From an uncultured Verrucomicrobiae bacterium (GTDB taxonomy: Bacteria; Verrucomicrobiota; Verrucomicrobiia; Chthoniobacterales; UBA10450), in assembly GCA_963834385.1 (NCBI GenBank), contig CAWIBO010000002.1:1024001-1088000 (forward strand): DNA of 64,000 bases. Direction: 5' to 3'. Below the pieces are notes generated by a model. It searched no databases, was not told the origin of the DNA, and was given only the letters and a program-made list of their open reading frames with translations. The translations under genes were made by a program, and so were the position numbers. Shown piece by piece: positions 44,512 to 53,425 of this stretch (the first letter of the stretch is position 1; each line of letters starts with the position of its first letter).

Positions 44512-45333
44512 ATGAACACTCCCGCAAACCCAAACAAAGCTCTCTGGGAGAAAGGCGATTTCACCCGCATCGCCGCCACCATGCGCGAAAGCGGGGAGGC
44601 GCTTGTCGCGAAAAACGGCGTCAGCCAGGGCATGAAAATCCTTGATCTCGGCTGCGGCGACGGGACCACGGCCATCCCGGCCGCCCGGCTCGGCGCCGAC
44701 GTGCTCGGGATCGACATCGCGGCCAACCTCGTCGCGGCCGGAAACAAACGGGCGGAGGAACTGGCCCTGGGGAATTGCCGGTTCCAGGAAGGCGACGCCG
44801 CCAATCTCGCGGGCGTTCCGGACGCGTCCTTCGATCTCGTCGTCAGCGTCTTCGGCGCGATGTTCGCCCCCAAACCCTTCGAGGTCGCGAAGGAAATGGT
44901 GCGCGTGACCCGGCCCGGCGGCCGGATCATCATGGGCAACTGGATCCCGGGCGATCCGACGCTGGTCGCGCAGATCCTGAAGATCAGTTCCGCCTATACC
45001 CCTCCACCACCCGAGGGATTCGTCAGCCCGATGACCTGGGGTATCGAAAAGGAAGTAATCGAGCGTTTCACCGCTGCCGGCGTGGCCGAAGATAAAATCT
45101 CATTCGAACGCGACACCTTCACCTTCCACTATCCGGGCGAGCCCGCACAGTTCGTCGAGGAGTTCCGCAATTACTATGGGCCTACCATGAACGCGTTCGC
45201 CGCCGCCGAGAAGGAAGGGCGCGCGACAGAGCTGCAAAAGGAATTAGTGGAGCTGTTCACCCGCCAGAACCAGGGTGGCGAAGGTCACACCACCATCCCG
45301 GCCACCTTTCTCCGGGTCACGGTGCAGGTCTAG
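44512..45333 (+). CDS. Class I SAM-dependent methyltransferase
   Basis: ILDLGCGDG, EGDA, FDLVVSVFGAMF, RPGG. Confidence 0.92.
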   Translation: MNTPANPNKALWEKGDFTRIAATMRESGEALVAKNGVSQGMKILDLGCGDGTTAIPAARLGADVLGIDIAANLVAAGNKRAEELALGNCRFQEGDAANLAGVPDASFDLVVSVFGAMFAPKPFEVAKEMVRVTRPGGRIIMGNWIPGDPTLVAQILKISSAYTPPPPEGFVSPMTWGIEKEVIERFTAAGVAEDKISFERDTFTFHYPGEPAQFVEEFRNYYGPTMNAFAAAEKEGRATELQKELVELFTRQNQGGEGHTTIPATFLRVTVQV

Positions 45334-45354
45334 AAGTCCAGAGCGGCAGCGTTG

Positions 45355-46167
45355 TCATTCGTCGGAACGCTCGGTATCGGTCAGGCGTGCCCTGGCTTCG
45401 TCCAGATACCCTTCGTCGATCTCGTAGCCAAGGAAACGCGGCACGCCGAGCCGTTGCGCGGCCACGGCGGAATTTCCGATGCCGAGGAACGGGTCGAGCA
45501 TCACCTTGACCCGTTCGATTCCGTGCAGCCGGATGCAGTTCTCGGCCAGCTCCACCGGGAAGGTCGCCGGATGCGGCCGCTCTTTCGCCCGGCTCTGGAT
45601 GGTCCGATAAGGCACGAACCAGGTGTTGCCGCGGCACCGCTTATCCTTCCCGGCGGTGTGGCCCCACCGGGCAATGTTGCTCTTGTCCTGGTAGGGCACG
45701 CCGAGCGCCAGCCGGTCGATCGGTGTCCGCCCATGCGGCGTCAGGTGGAAGAGATACTCATGACAATCGTTCAGGAAACGCGGTGAATTGATCGGTTTAA
45801 AATGGCCGCGGGAGACAAGGCCGCCTTCATCGTCCGGGAGCGTGATCGATTTGATCCAGTGAATCGTATTCTGGAGCTGGAAGAACTTTCCCAGTCGCAG
45901 GACAAGCTGGTGCGGCCCGAGCGGGTTCGAGGGGGCGGAGCCGACGTTGAGGAAAAGCGAACCAGCCGGTTGCAGCACGCGCCGCAATTGCGCGCCCCAT
46001 TCCTCACACCAGTCGAGGTAGGCCTCGCGGCCCGCCGTATCCGCAAACTTCGAGTATTTGATTCCAAGATTGTAAGGGGGCGAGGTCACGACCAGGTCGA
46101 TTGATTCCTTCTCGAGCTGCGCCACTCCCTTCACGCAATCCTCCTGGCGCAGGATGAAGTTTGTCAT
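45355..46167 (-). CDS. Orphan beta-class N4-C/N6-A DNA methyltransferase
   Basis: Motif IV VTSPPY near the N-terminus; HPATFP and motif I LDPFLGIG near the C-terminus. Confidence 0.92.
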   Translation of the reverse strand: MTNFILRQEDCVKGVAQLEKESIDLVVTSPPYNLGIKYSKFADTAGREAYLDWCEEWGAQLRRVLQPAGSLFLNVGSAPSNPLGPHQLVLRLGKFFQLQNTIHWIKSITLPDDEGGLVSRGHFKPINSPRFLNDCHEYLFHLTPHGRTPIDRLALGVPYQDKSNIARWGHTAGKDKRCRGNTWFVPYRTIQSRAKERPHPATFPVELAENCIRLHGIERVKVMLDPFLGIGNSAVAAQRLGVPRFLGYEIDEGYLDEARARLTDTERSDE

Positions 46168-46183
46168 GGCGCACGATGGATTT

Positions 46184-46356
46184 CCCGCCCGCGGCGTACA
46201 AGACAATTCCAGTCCAAGACGACGCGCAACTTTCCCGGTGGGAAGTTCCATCGTAAGCGGCTTACGATCCATGCGTCAGCTCAACGACAACGTTTCCGCC
46301 GGCAGCCATCCACACATCTCTCTCGGTTCCAGGTTGTCTTGCGCCCGGGTGCCGGG
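46184..46356. ncRNA. Candidate structured RNA or inverted-repeat element, unassigned
   Basis: Outer pairing CAAGACAA/TTGTCTTG, inner GACGCG/TGCGTC enclosing two hairpins. Confidence 0.35.
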
Positions 46357-46396
46357 TGCGATTGGCCGCCGCGACGGAATGGCGTAAGTTTGTTTC

Positions 46397-47194
46397 ATGG
46401 CGGACAAGCCTTCGAAACTGACGATTGCCGGGCGCGAGTTTTCCTCGCGGCTCCTCCTCGGGACCGGCAAGTTTTCGTCCAACGACGCCATGCGCGACGC
46501 CCTCGTCGCAAGCGGGGCGGAAATCGTGACGGTGGCGCTGCGCCGCGCCGATCTTTCCGGGAAACACGATCCTTTTGCCAACATCCTCGATTTCATCGAC
46601 CGCGATCGTTTTCTTCTCCTGCCGAACACCAGCGGCGCGCAAAATGCCGAGGAAGCGGTCCGGTTGGCCCGGCTCGCCGCCACTGCCGGGTTGCCGACCT
46701 GGGTCAAGCTCGAGATCCATCCCGACCCGCGCTATCTCCTGCCCGACCCCGTGGAAACGCTGGCCGCGGCCGAGATCCTGGTGAAGGAGGGTTTCACCGT
46801 TCTTCCTTACATCAACGCCGATCCCGTCCTGGCGAAACGTCTGCAGGACGTGGGCACCGCGACGGTCATGCCGCTCGGTTCGCCCATCGGGAGCAATCGC
46901 GGGATCGAGACCCGGGCGCAAATCGAGATCATCATCGAGCAGGCCACCGTCCCGGTGGTGGTCGATGCCGGGCTCGGCGCTCCCAGCCAGGCGGCTGAGG
47001 CGATGGAAATGGGCGCCGATGCCGTGCTGGTCAACACCGCCATCGCCATTGCCTCCGACCCGAACCGGATGGCGCAGGCTTTTCGCAAGGCGGTCGAGGC
47101 GGGTCGCGAGGCGCGCGAGATCGGCCTGGCGGAGGCCGGCACCTCCGCTTCCGCGACCAGCCCGCTCTCCGCCTTTTTCAGCCGGAAAGAGTGA
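46397..47194 (+). CDS. thiG: Thiazole synthase
   Basis: [43 protein letters not shown]. Confidence 0.97.
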   Translation: MADKPSKLTIAGREFSSRLLLGTGKFSSNDAMRDALVASGAEIVTVALRRADLSGKHDPFANILDFIDRDRFLLLPNTSGAQNAEEAVRLARLAATAGLPTWVKLEIHPDPRYLLPDPVETLAAAEILVKEGFTVLPYINADPVLAKRLQDVGTATVMPLGSPIGSNRGIETRAQIEIIIEQATVPVVVDAGLGAPSQAAEAMEMGADAVLVNTAIAIASDPNRMAQAFRKAVEAGREAREIGLAEAGTSASATSPLSAFFSRKE

Positions 47195-47449
47195 TCAACC
47201 CCGCAGGGCCGGCGGCTGTTCCCCGCTGCGCTCCTGCTGCGCGGTGACGTCGCGGTAAAATTCGATCTGGCGGCCCCCAACCCTCCGCACCACACGCCAC
47301 CCACGGTCCGCCGCGAATTGGTTCAGTTCGTCGGACGGGAGGGTGTGCACCGCCCGAAGCTCAGCCGGGTGGGTCACGAAATATTCGGGCTTGGCGGCCA
47401 GCCAGCGTTCCACCTTCTCGGCGAGGGCGACGAGGGCGGGGTCGGGCAT
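47195..47449 (-). CDS. Small hypothetical protein
   Basis: Fills the gap convergent with thiG; protein-like composition (PEYFVTHPAEL...GWRVVRRVGGRQIEFY). Confidence 0.6.
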   Translation of the reverse strand: MPDPALVALAEKVERWLAAKPEYFVTHPAELRAVHTLPSDELNQFAADRGWRVVRRVGGRQIEFYRDVTAQQERSGEQPPALRG

Positions 47450-47718
47450 CCGGTCACTTTGCACCAACCCGGCGGGTCGGGAGAGGATTTTTTCGCGGCG
47501 GTCGGCCGGTTGGCGTGGGGGGCGGCTTCGGTTTGCGGTTGAGTTTGTTGCCCAGCGCAGCTTTTGCCTTGGGGCCGGGCGCCGGGCCGCGTGCGTTTGG
47601 TTTTTTCATGGCTGTAAGAAAGATCGCAGACCGCGCCGCCGCCGGCTCTGGACATTTGCCGGCTCTCCCCCGGCCGGATCACGACTTGCCCGGCCGACAA
47701 CGCCCTGTAAGCAGGAAC

Positions 47719-49533
47719 GTGCGCGCAACGGTCTCCAGCGACAGGCTCGATCTCCCGCCCCAGGGGGCGGAGGTGACCGCCTCCGGTGTCCGCTACCGGA
47801 CCTGGGCCGACCATACGACGATGGAAGCGCTCATCGTCAACCGGGCTGGAGATGTGCTCCGGACGATTGCTCTCGAGGCAGAGGACGGCGGTTACTTCTC
47901 CGGCGTCGATCCGGACGGGCGCGCCGGGGATCTCTACCGCTATCGTATTGACGGGAAGGAACACTGGCCCGACCCGGCGGCCCGGTTTGCGCCCGACGGG
48001 GTCCATGGGGCCGCGCAGGTGATCGACCCGGCAGGCTACCGCTGGCGCGACGCCGCCTGGAAGACGCCCGCGTCCGGTGCCCTCGTCATTTACGAGCTGC
48101 ATGTCGGGACTTTCACTCCGGCGGGCACCTTCCGGGCCGCGATCGACCGGCTGGACCATGTCGCCTCGCTGGGCGCCACGGCCATCGAACTGATGCCGAT
48201 TGCCGATTTTCCGGGGGACCGTAACTGGGGTTACGACGGCGTGCTCCTCTACGCCCCGGCCCGCTGCTACGGCACGCCGGACGATTTGCGCGCGCTGGTG
48301 GACGCGGCGCATGCCCGCGGCCTCGCCGTTATCCTCGACGTCGTCTACAACCACCTCGGACCGGACGGCAATTACACCGGGCTTTACAGCAAGCGCTATC
48401 TCAACCCCAACCATAAAACCCCCTGGGGCGACGGGTTTAATTTCGAGCTGGCGCCGGTGCGCGATTTCTTCCTCGCGAACGCTCCCTATTGGATGCGCGA
48501 ATTTCACCTCGACGGTTTCCGGCTAGATGCCACGCATGCGATCAAGGATGATTCGCCCCGGCATATCCTGGCCGAGATCGCGGCCGCGGTGCATGCGCGC
48601 GGCGGCTTCGTCGTGGCCGAGGATGAACGCAATGAACCGCGGCTGCTTCGCCCCGAAACCCAGGGAGGACTCGGCCTTGATGCCGTCTGGGCCGACGATT
48701 TCCACCACGTCATCCGCGTGGCTCTCACCGGCGAACGCGACGCCTACTTCCAGAACTTCGAGGGGACACCGGCGGAGCTTTGCCGCACCCTGGAGAAGGG
48801 CTGGCTCTTCACCGGCCAGCCCGAGCCCGCCTCGGGCAAGGCGCGCGGAGGCGATCCAGCGGACCTTTCCCCGCACCAGTTCGTTTACTGCATCTCCAAC
48901 CACGACCAGGTGGGCAACCATGCCTTCGGCAAGCGCCTAAGCCAATTAACGGACCCGGCCGCCTACCGCGCCGTCTCCGCGCTTCTCTGCCTTGTCCCGG
49001 CCACTCCGCTTCTTTTCATGGGCCAGGAATGGGGGGCTGGCACCCCCTTTCGTTTTTTCACTCATCACAACGAACAGCTCGGGCGCGACATCACCGCGGG
49101 GCGCCGGAAAGAGTTTGCCGCCTTTGCCGCTTTCCGAGACCCGGCCGTGCGCGACACGATCCCCGATCCCCAGGCGGAAGAAACCTTTCGCCGCTCCAAA
49201 CTCGATTGGAACGAACCGGCGCAGCCCTCCCATGCGGCCCTGCTTGCCCTTTACCGCGAATGCCTGGCCCTGCGGCGGTCCCGGCCGAAACCCGGCGGTT
49301 TCACCGTGACGGAGCATCCTGGAGGTCTGGTCGCGCTTCGTTATACGGGCGGCCCTTCTCCGGAGCTTCTGCTCGTACTCGGCCTCGTCCCCCAGGGGGA
49401 GAACCGGGACGGCTCCAAGCCGCCGGCCACGGCTGGTCTCCGCCTCGTGCTCCACTCGAACGAAAGCCGTTTTGGCGGCGGCGACGAGACCCTGTTTTCG
49501 GTGCCCACCCTGGCCGTGTGGCAGGGAGATTGA
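47719..49533 (+). CDS. treZ: Malto-oligosyltrehalose trehalohydrolase (GH13)
   Basis: IYELHVGTF, RNWGYDGV, DVVYNHLGPDGNY, GFRLDATH, WADDFHH, NHDQVGN, LFMGQEW; start uncertain (47608 possible). Confidence 0.93.
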   Translation: MRATVSSDRLDLPPQGAEVTASGVRYRTWADHTTMEALIVNRAGDVLRTIALEAEDGGYFSGVDPDGRAGDLYRYRIDGKEHWPDPAARFAPDGVHGAAQVIDPAGYRWRDAAWKTPASGALVIYELHVGTFTPAGTFRAAIDRLDHVASLGATAIELMPIADFPGDRNWGYDGVLLYAPARCYGTPDDLRALVDAAHARGLAVILDVVYNHLGPDGNYTGLYSKRYLNPNHKTPWGDGFNFELAPVRDFFLANAPYWMREFHLDGFRLDATHAIKDDSPRHILAEIAAAVHARGGFVVAEDERNEPRLLRPETQGGLGLDAVWADDFHHVIRVALTGERDAYFQNFEGTPAELCRTLEKGWLFTGQPEPASGKARGGDPADLSPHQFVYCISNHDQVGNHAFGKRLSQLTDPAAYRAVSALLCLVPATPLLFMGQEWGAGTPFRFFTHHNEQLGRDITAGRRKEFAAFAAFRDPAVRDTIPDPQAEETFRRSKLDWNEPAQPSHAALLALYRECLALRRSRPKPGGFTVTEHPGGLVALRYTGGPSPELLLVLGLVPQGENRDGSKPPATAGLRLVLHSNESRFGGGDETLFSVPTLAVWQGD

Positions 49534-49581
49534 AACGCCGCGACTGGCGCGCTGGCCGCCCTGCGCTACAGTTGTCGCCCC

Positions 49582-50826
49582 ATGGTTTCCGAGACAGTTG
49601 AGCTGCGCGGGCACATTATCGATTCGTTGATCCTGCCCAAGGTCCTCGACGAAATCCTGAAAACGGGCGGCCAGTTCAAGATCAAGGAGATCACCATCGG
49701 CGAGAAGCGGGCTGACCAGAGTTACGCCCGGATCGAGGTTTCCATGCCGGCCGCGCGCGACCTCGAGGCGCTCACCCTTCGCCTGCGCCAGCACGGGGCC
49801 GAGGTTCGGGAAAAGGCGAACGCCCAACTGGCCCGCTGCCCCGCTGACGGCGTTTTTCCGACCGACTTTTACGTGACTACGAACCAGCAGACCTTTGTCC
49901 GGTTGGAGGGCAAGGAGTTCGAGGTCGCCTCCCCGATGCGCGACTGCGGAATTATCGTCGACAAGGAAAAGGGGAAAGCCGTCACGGCAAAGTTCTTCGA
50001 TGTGAAGAAGGGGATGGAGGCGGTGGTCGGACAAAAAGGAATCCGGGTGGCACCCGTCCAGCGCACGAGCACGCCGGGCGATGTCTTCCAGTTCTCCTCC
50101 GGCAGGATCGGGCTCGACAATCCCCGCAGCGCCGTCATCCGCGAAATGGCGACGGAATTCCAGCGCGACCACGACAAGGATGGCCGCATTCTTCTCGTGG
50201 CCGGTCCTGCCGTGGTCCACAGCGGAGCGGCCGGGCACATCGAGAAGCTGATCGAGCACGGTTACATCGACCTTGTCCTCGGTGGAAACGACCTCGCGGT
50301 GCACGACATCGAGAGCGCCCTTTACGGCACCTCCTCCGGCATCAATCTCGGCCGCAACCGCAAGTCGCGCTCCGGGCACGAAAACCAAATGCGCGCGGTC
50401 AACGCCATCCGCTGCGCCGGCAGCATCGAGAAGGCCGTGGAAAAGGGCCTGCTCAAGCGCGGGATCATGCATGCCTGCGTCAAGCACAAGGTCGAACTGC
50501 TCCTGGCCGGCTCCGTGCGCGACACCGGCCCGATGCCGGGCGTCATCACCGAGGCGCTCGAGGCCCAGCGCCTCATGCGCGACAAGCTGCGCGGCGTCAG
50601 CCTCGCCCTGCTCATGAGCACGATGCTCCATTCCGCCGCGGTCCGTAATTTTCTCCCCGCGACCGCCCGCATTCTTGTGGTCGATCTCAATCCGGCCGCG
50701 GTCCAGCGCCTGACGGAATCGGACAGTTTTCAAACCGTCGGTCTCGTTACCGACGTCGAGGCGTTCCTGCGCGAACTGACCGAGGTCCTGGCCGAGTTGC
50801 GCAAGGGCGCGAAAAAATCCGCCTGA
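49582..50826 (+). CDS. TIGR00300 / LOR-SDH-domain protein (like the ArgZ/AgrE C-terminal ornithine cyclodeaminase region)
   Basis: ELRGHIIDS, DGVFPTDFYVTT, AGPAVVHSG, LAVHDIE, LAGSVRD, STMLHS, GLVTDV. Confidence 0.85.
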   Translation: MVSETVELRGHIIDSLILPKVLDEILKTGGQFKIKEITIGEKRADQSYARIEVSMPAARDLEALTLRLRQHGAEVREKANAQLARCPADGVFPTDFYVTTNQQTFVRLEGKEFEVASPMRDCGIIVDKEKGKAVTAKFFDVKKGMEAVVGQKGIRVAPVQRTSTPGDVFQFSSGRIGLDNPRSAVIREMATEFQRDHDKDGRILLVAGPAVVHSGAAGHIEKLIEHGYIDLVLGGNDLAVHDIESALYGTSSGINLGRNRKSRSGHENQMRAVNAIRCAGSIEKAVEKGLLKRGIMHACVKHKVELLLAGSVRDTGPMPGVITEALEAQRLMRDKLRGVSLALLMSTMLHSAAVRNFLPATARILVVDLNPAAVQRLTESDSFQTVGLVTDVEAFLRELTEVLAELRKGAKKSA

Positions 50827-50840
50827 TCCGCCCTTCTCCG

Positions 50841-51653
50841 ATGCGCCAGCTCGTCCTTTGTCCGCCGGATCATTTCAGCATCGAGTACGAGATCAATCCG
50901 TGGATGAGCCGGGCCCGCGCGGCTGACATCGAGCTGACCAAGAAGCAGTGGCACGAACTGCATGACAAACTGGCCAGCCTCGAGACCGAGATCCATCTTG
51001 TCCCGCCGCAACCCCGCCTGCCCGACATGGTTTTCACGGCCAACGCCGGGCTCGCCGTCGGGCGGAAGTTCGTCCCGAGCAACTTTCGCCACGAAGAACG
51101 GTCCGGCGAGGCGCCCCACTTCGCCGCCTTCATGGAAAAGCTGGGCTACGAAATCGTCTGGCTGCCCAAGGAGCTTTATTTCGAGGGGGAAGGCGATGCC
51201 CTCTTCGTCGGCGACGCCCTCTTTTGCGGCTACAAGTTTCGTTCGGACATCCAGTCTCATCGGGCCGTGGCGGACGTCTTTGGCTGTCTCGTCATTTCCG
51301 TCGAACTCATGGACGAGCGTTTTTATCATCTCGACACCTGTTTCTGCCCGCTCCCGGACGGAAGCGCCTTCTGGTTTCCCGCCGCCTTCGACGAATACGG
51401 GCAGCGAGCCATCCGCGACCACGTGCCCAACCTGATCGACGTCGCGGAGGAGGAAGCCGTTTTCTTTTCGTGCAACGCCGTCGTCCTCGAGAAGGATATC
51501 GTCCTGCCGGCGGGCGCCACCCGGCTCATCGCCCAGTTGCACGAGAGGGGCTACCGCACGCATCAACTGCCCATGACCGAGTTTCTCAAGGCCGGCGGCG
51601 CCTGCAAATGTCTCACCATGCTGCTGCCACAGCGCGAAAGTGTCACCCCATGA
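50841..51653 (+). CDS. Amidinotransferase-fold enzyme (like the ArgZ N-terminal arginine dihydrolase, or DDAH)
   Basis: YEINPWM, PDMVFTANAG, FEGEGD, FYHLDTCF, EFLKAGGACKCLT. Confidence 0.9.
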   Translation: MRQLVLCPPDHFSIEYEINPWMSRARAADIELTKKQWHELHDKLASLETEIHLVPPQPRLPDMVFTANAGLAVGRKFVPSNFRHEERSGEAPHFAAFMEKLGYEIVWLPKELYFEGEGDALFVGDALFCGYKFRSDIQSHRAVADVFGCLVISVELMDERFYHLDTCFCPLPDGSAFWFPAAFDEYGQRAIRDHVPNLIDVAEEEAVFFSCNAVVLEKDIVLPAGATRLIAQLHERGYRTHQLPMTEFLKAGGACKCLTMLLPQRESVTP

Positions 51654-52096
51654 AAACGATCATCCTTCTCCTTCTCACTCTCTCCCTCGCGACCGCCCAG
51701 GACGTCGCGCCCGAGCCGGGTTCCGCGGAGTGGAAGGAAATCTATTCCCCGGCTTTCACCGAACCGGACGAGATCCCGTTCGGTTCCCCCCTGCGCAAGG
51801 AACTTTTCGATCTCCTGCGCGGTCCCATGGAAAAGGCGGCGGAGAAAAAGGGGATCAAGTTCGACGGCCAGCTCAAGGCGTTCAAGAACTGGGCTTTTTT
51901 CAGCGGTCAGGTGCTCGATGCCGCGGGCGAGCCGATCGTTTTTCCTCCGGTCGACAACACCGACGCGGCGGCGCTTTGGCTCCGGACCAGGGCGGGCTGG
52001 CGCCTGGTAGATTTTGCCACCGGCTTTGGCGATCCCGCCTACTGGATCTGGGTGGAGCAATACGGCGTCCCGCCCGCGCTGGTCGGCCGCGAATAA
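51650..52096 (+). CDS. Secreted hypothetical protein
   Basis: ATGA overlap with the previous gene; signal peptide MKTIILLLLTLSLATA; GSPLRKELFDLLR...YGVPPAL. Confidence 0.75.
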   Translation: MKTIILLLLTLSLATAQDVAPEPGSAEWKEIYSPAFTEPDEIPFGSPLRKELFDLLRGPMEKAAEKKGIKFDGQLKAFKNWAFFSGQVLDAAGEPIVFPPVDNTDAAALWLRTRAGWRLVDFATGFGDPAYWIWVEQYGVPPALVGRE

Positions 52097-52099
52097 TTT

Positions 52100-53425
52100 T
52101 TATCGGCGCCGGCGCAGCGTCATCGGCAGTCCGCGACGCGCTTTCAGCGTCAACTGGGGCTCCAGCCGGACCTGGTGCCCACGGAGAAGACGCGGCTGCC
52201 AGCGCCGCGCGAGGATGCTCAGGACCAGCCCGGCCTGCATCCAGGCGTAGCCTTCGCCAATGCAATGGAGCAGGCCCGCTCCAAAGGGGAAATAACTGAA
52301 GCGGGGCCGCGCCGCCACCGCCTCCGGCGTCCAACGCTCGGGATCAAAACGCTCGGGATCCGGGAAAAATCGCGGGTCGCGCTGGACCAGATACTGGCTG
52401 ATGTGGACGTAGGAATCCTTGGGCACGGTCAGGCCGTTAAGGGTCACCTCGCGGGTGGCGCGCCGGCCCAGGATCCAGATGGGCGGATAAAGCCGCATGG
52501 ATTCGGAGAAGACCATGCGGGTATAGGGCAGGCGTTCCAGCGTTTCCACGGAGGGCAGTTCGTCACCGGTCACCCGGTCGATCTCCGCGTGCATCTTCTT
52601 TTCCGCGCCCGGGTTTTGCGCCAGCAAATACCATGTCCACATGAGCCCGCTGGCAATGGTTTCGTGGCCGCCGAGGAAAAAGGTGAGGATCTGGTCGCGG
52701 ATCTTTTCGTCGTTCATCCCCTTGCGCGCCTGTTTGCTCAGGAGAACGAGCTGGGAGAGCAGATCGGGCTGGTCACACGGTCCTGCCCGGCGCTCCGCGA
52801 TCAGTTCCCGGATGAGGCGATCAAGGGTCCTGGTCGCGCGGGCCACCTCCCGGTTCCCCGGCGAGGGAAAGCGCTCGAGGTGTTTGCTGGCCAGGAGCAG
52901 GTTGTTGAAGCGCGTGGCCTCCAACACGGTCACGAGCGATTCGCGCAGATCGGTCGCTTTCTCGGCGAAATCGACGTTGAAAAGGGTCCGACCGGCAATG
53001 GCGAGGGCCAGTCGGGCCATCTCCGACGCCATCTCGATCCTGGTCCCGTCACTCCAACGGTCGCGCCCGGCCACGATCTCACGCACCATAATCGGCGCCA
53101 GCGATGAGATATGCTGGCGGCTGAACGCCGGTTGCAGCAGCGCTTTCTGTTTCTTGTGAATTGTTCCTCGGCTGGTCAGGAGTCCCTGGCCGAGGAGCCG
53201 TTGCACCGGACGCGGGACCGACCGCCGCAGGTTGTCCTGGTCAAGCAGCACCGCGCGCACGTAATCGGGATGGTTCAGGAGAAAATCGTGGCGGCGACCC
53301 AGCTGCATGTGCACCACGTCGCCGTAGCGCCGGCGCGCCGACTCCAGATACCGGAGCGGGTTGCGGAAGAGTTCCGCGTACGCAAGGACGGCCGACTTCG
53401 GGCCGGGCAGGCGCGCCGCCTTCAA
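52100..53425 (-). CDS. Cytochrome P450
   Basis: I-helix GGHETIA, ExxR (ESMR), FDPERW, heme motif FGAGLLHCIG. Confidence 0.94.
   Translation of the reverse strand: MKAARLPGPKSAVLAYAELFRNPLRYLESARRRYGDVVHMQLGRRHDFLLNHPDYVRAVLLDQDNLRRSVPRPVQRLLGQGLLTSRGTIHKKQKALLQPAFSRQHISSLAPIMVREIVAGRDRWSDGTRIEMASEMARLALAIAGRTLFNVDFAEKATDLRESLVTVLEATRFNNLLLASKHLERFPSPGNREVARATRTLDRLIRELIAERRAGPCDQPDLLSQLVLLSKQARKGMNDEKIRDQILTFFLGGHETIASGLMWTWYLLAQNPGAEKKMHAEIDRVTGDELPSVETLERLPYTRMVFSESMRLYPPIWILGRRATREVTLNGLTVPKDSYVHISQYLVQRDPRFFPDPERFDPERWTPEAVAARPRFSYFPFGAGLLHCIGEGYAWMQAGLVLSILARRWQPRLLRGHQVRLEPQLTLKARRGLPMTLRRRR

Noticed and set aside
46168..46396. Expected TPP riboswitch before thiG; also a tmRNA-tag-like AACGACAAC and an HTH-like peptide KVARRLGLEL
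   Set aside because: No CTGAGA/ACCTG core, no tRNA-like ends or ALAA-stop tag, and the peptide is too short to support a gene. Kept only as an unassigned structure.
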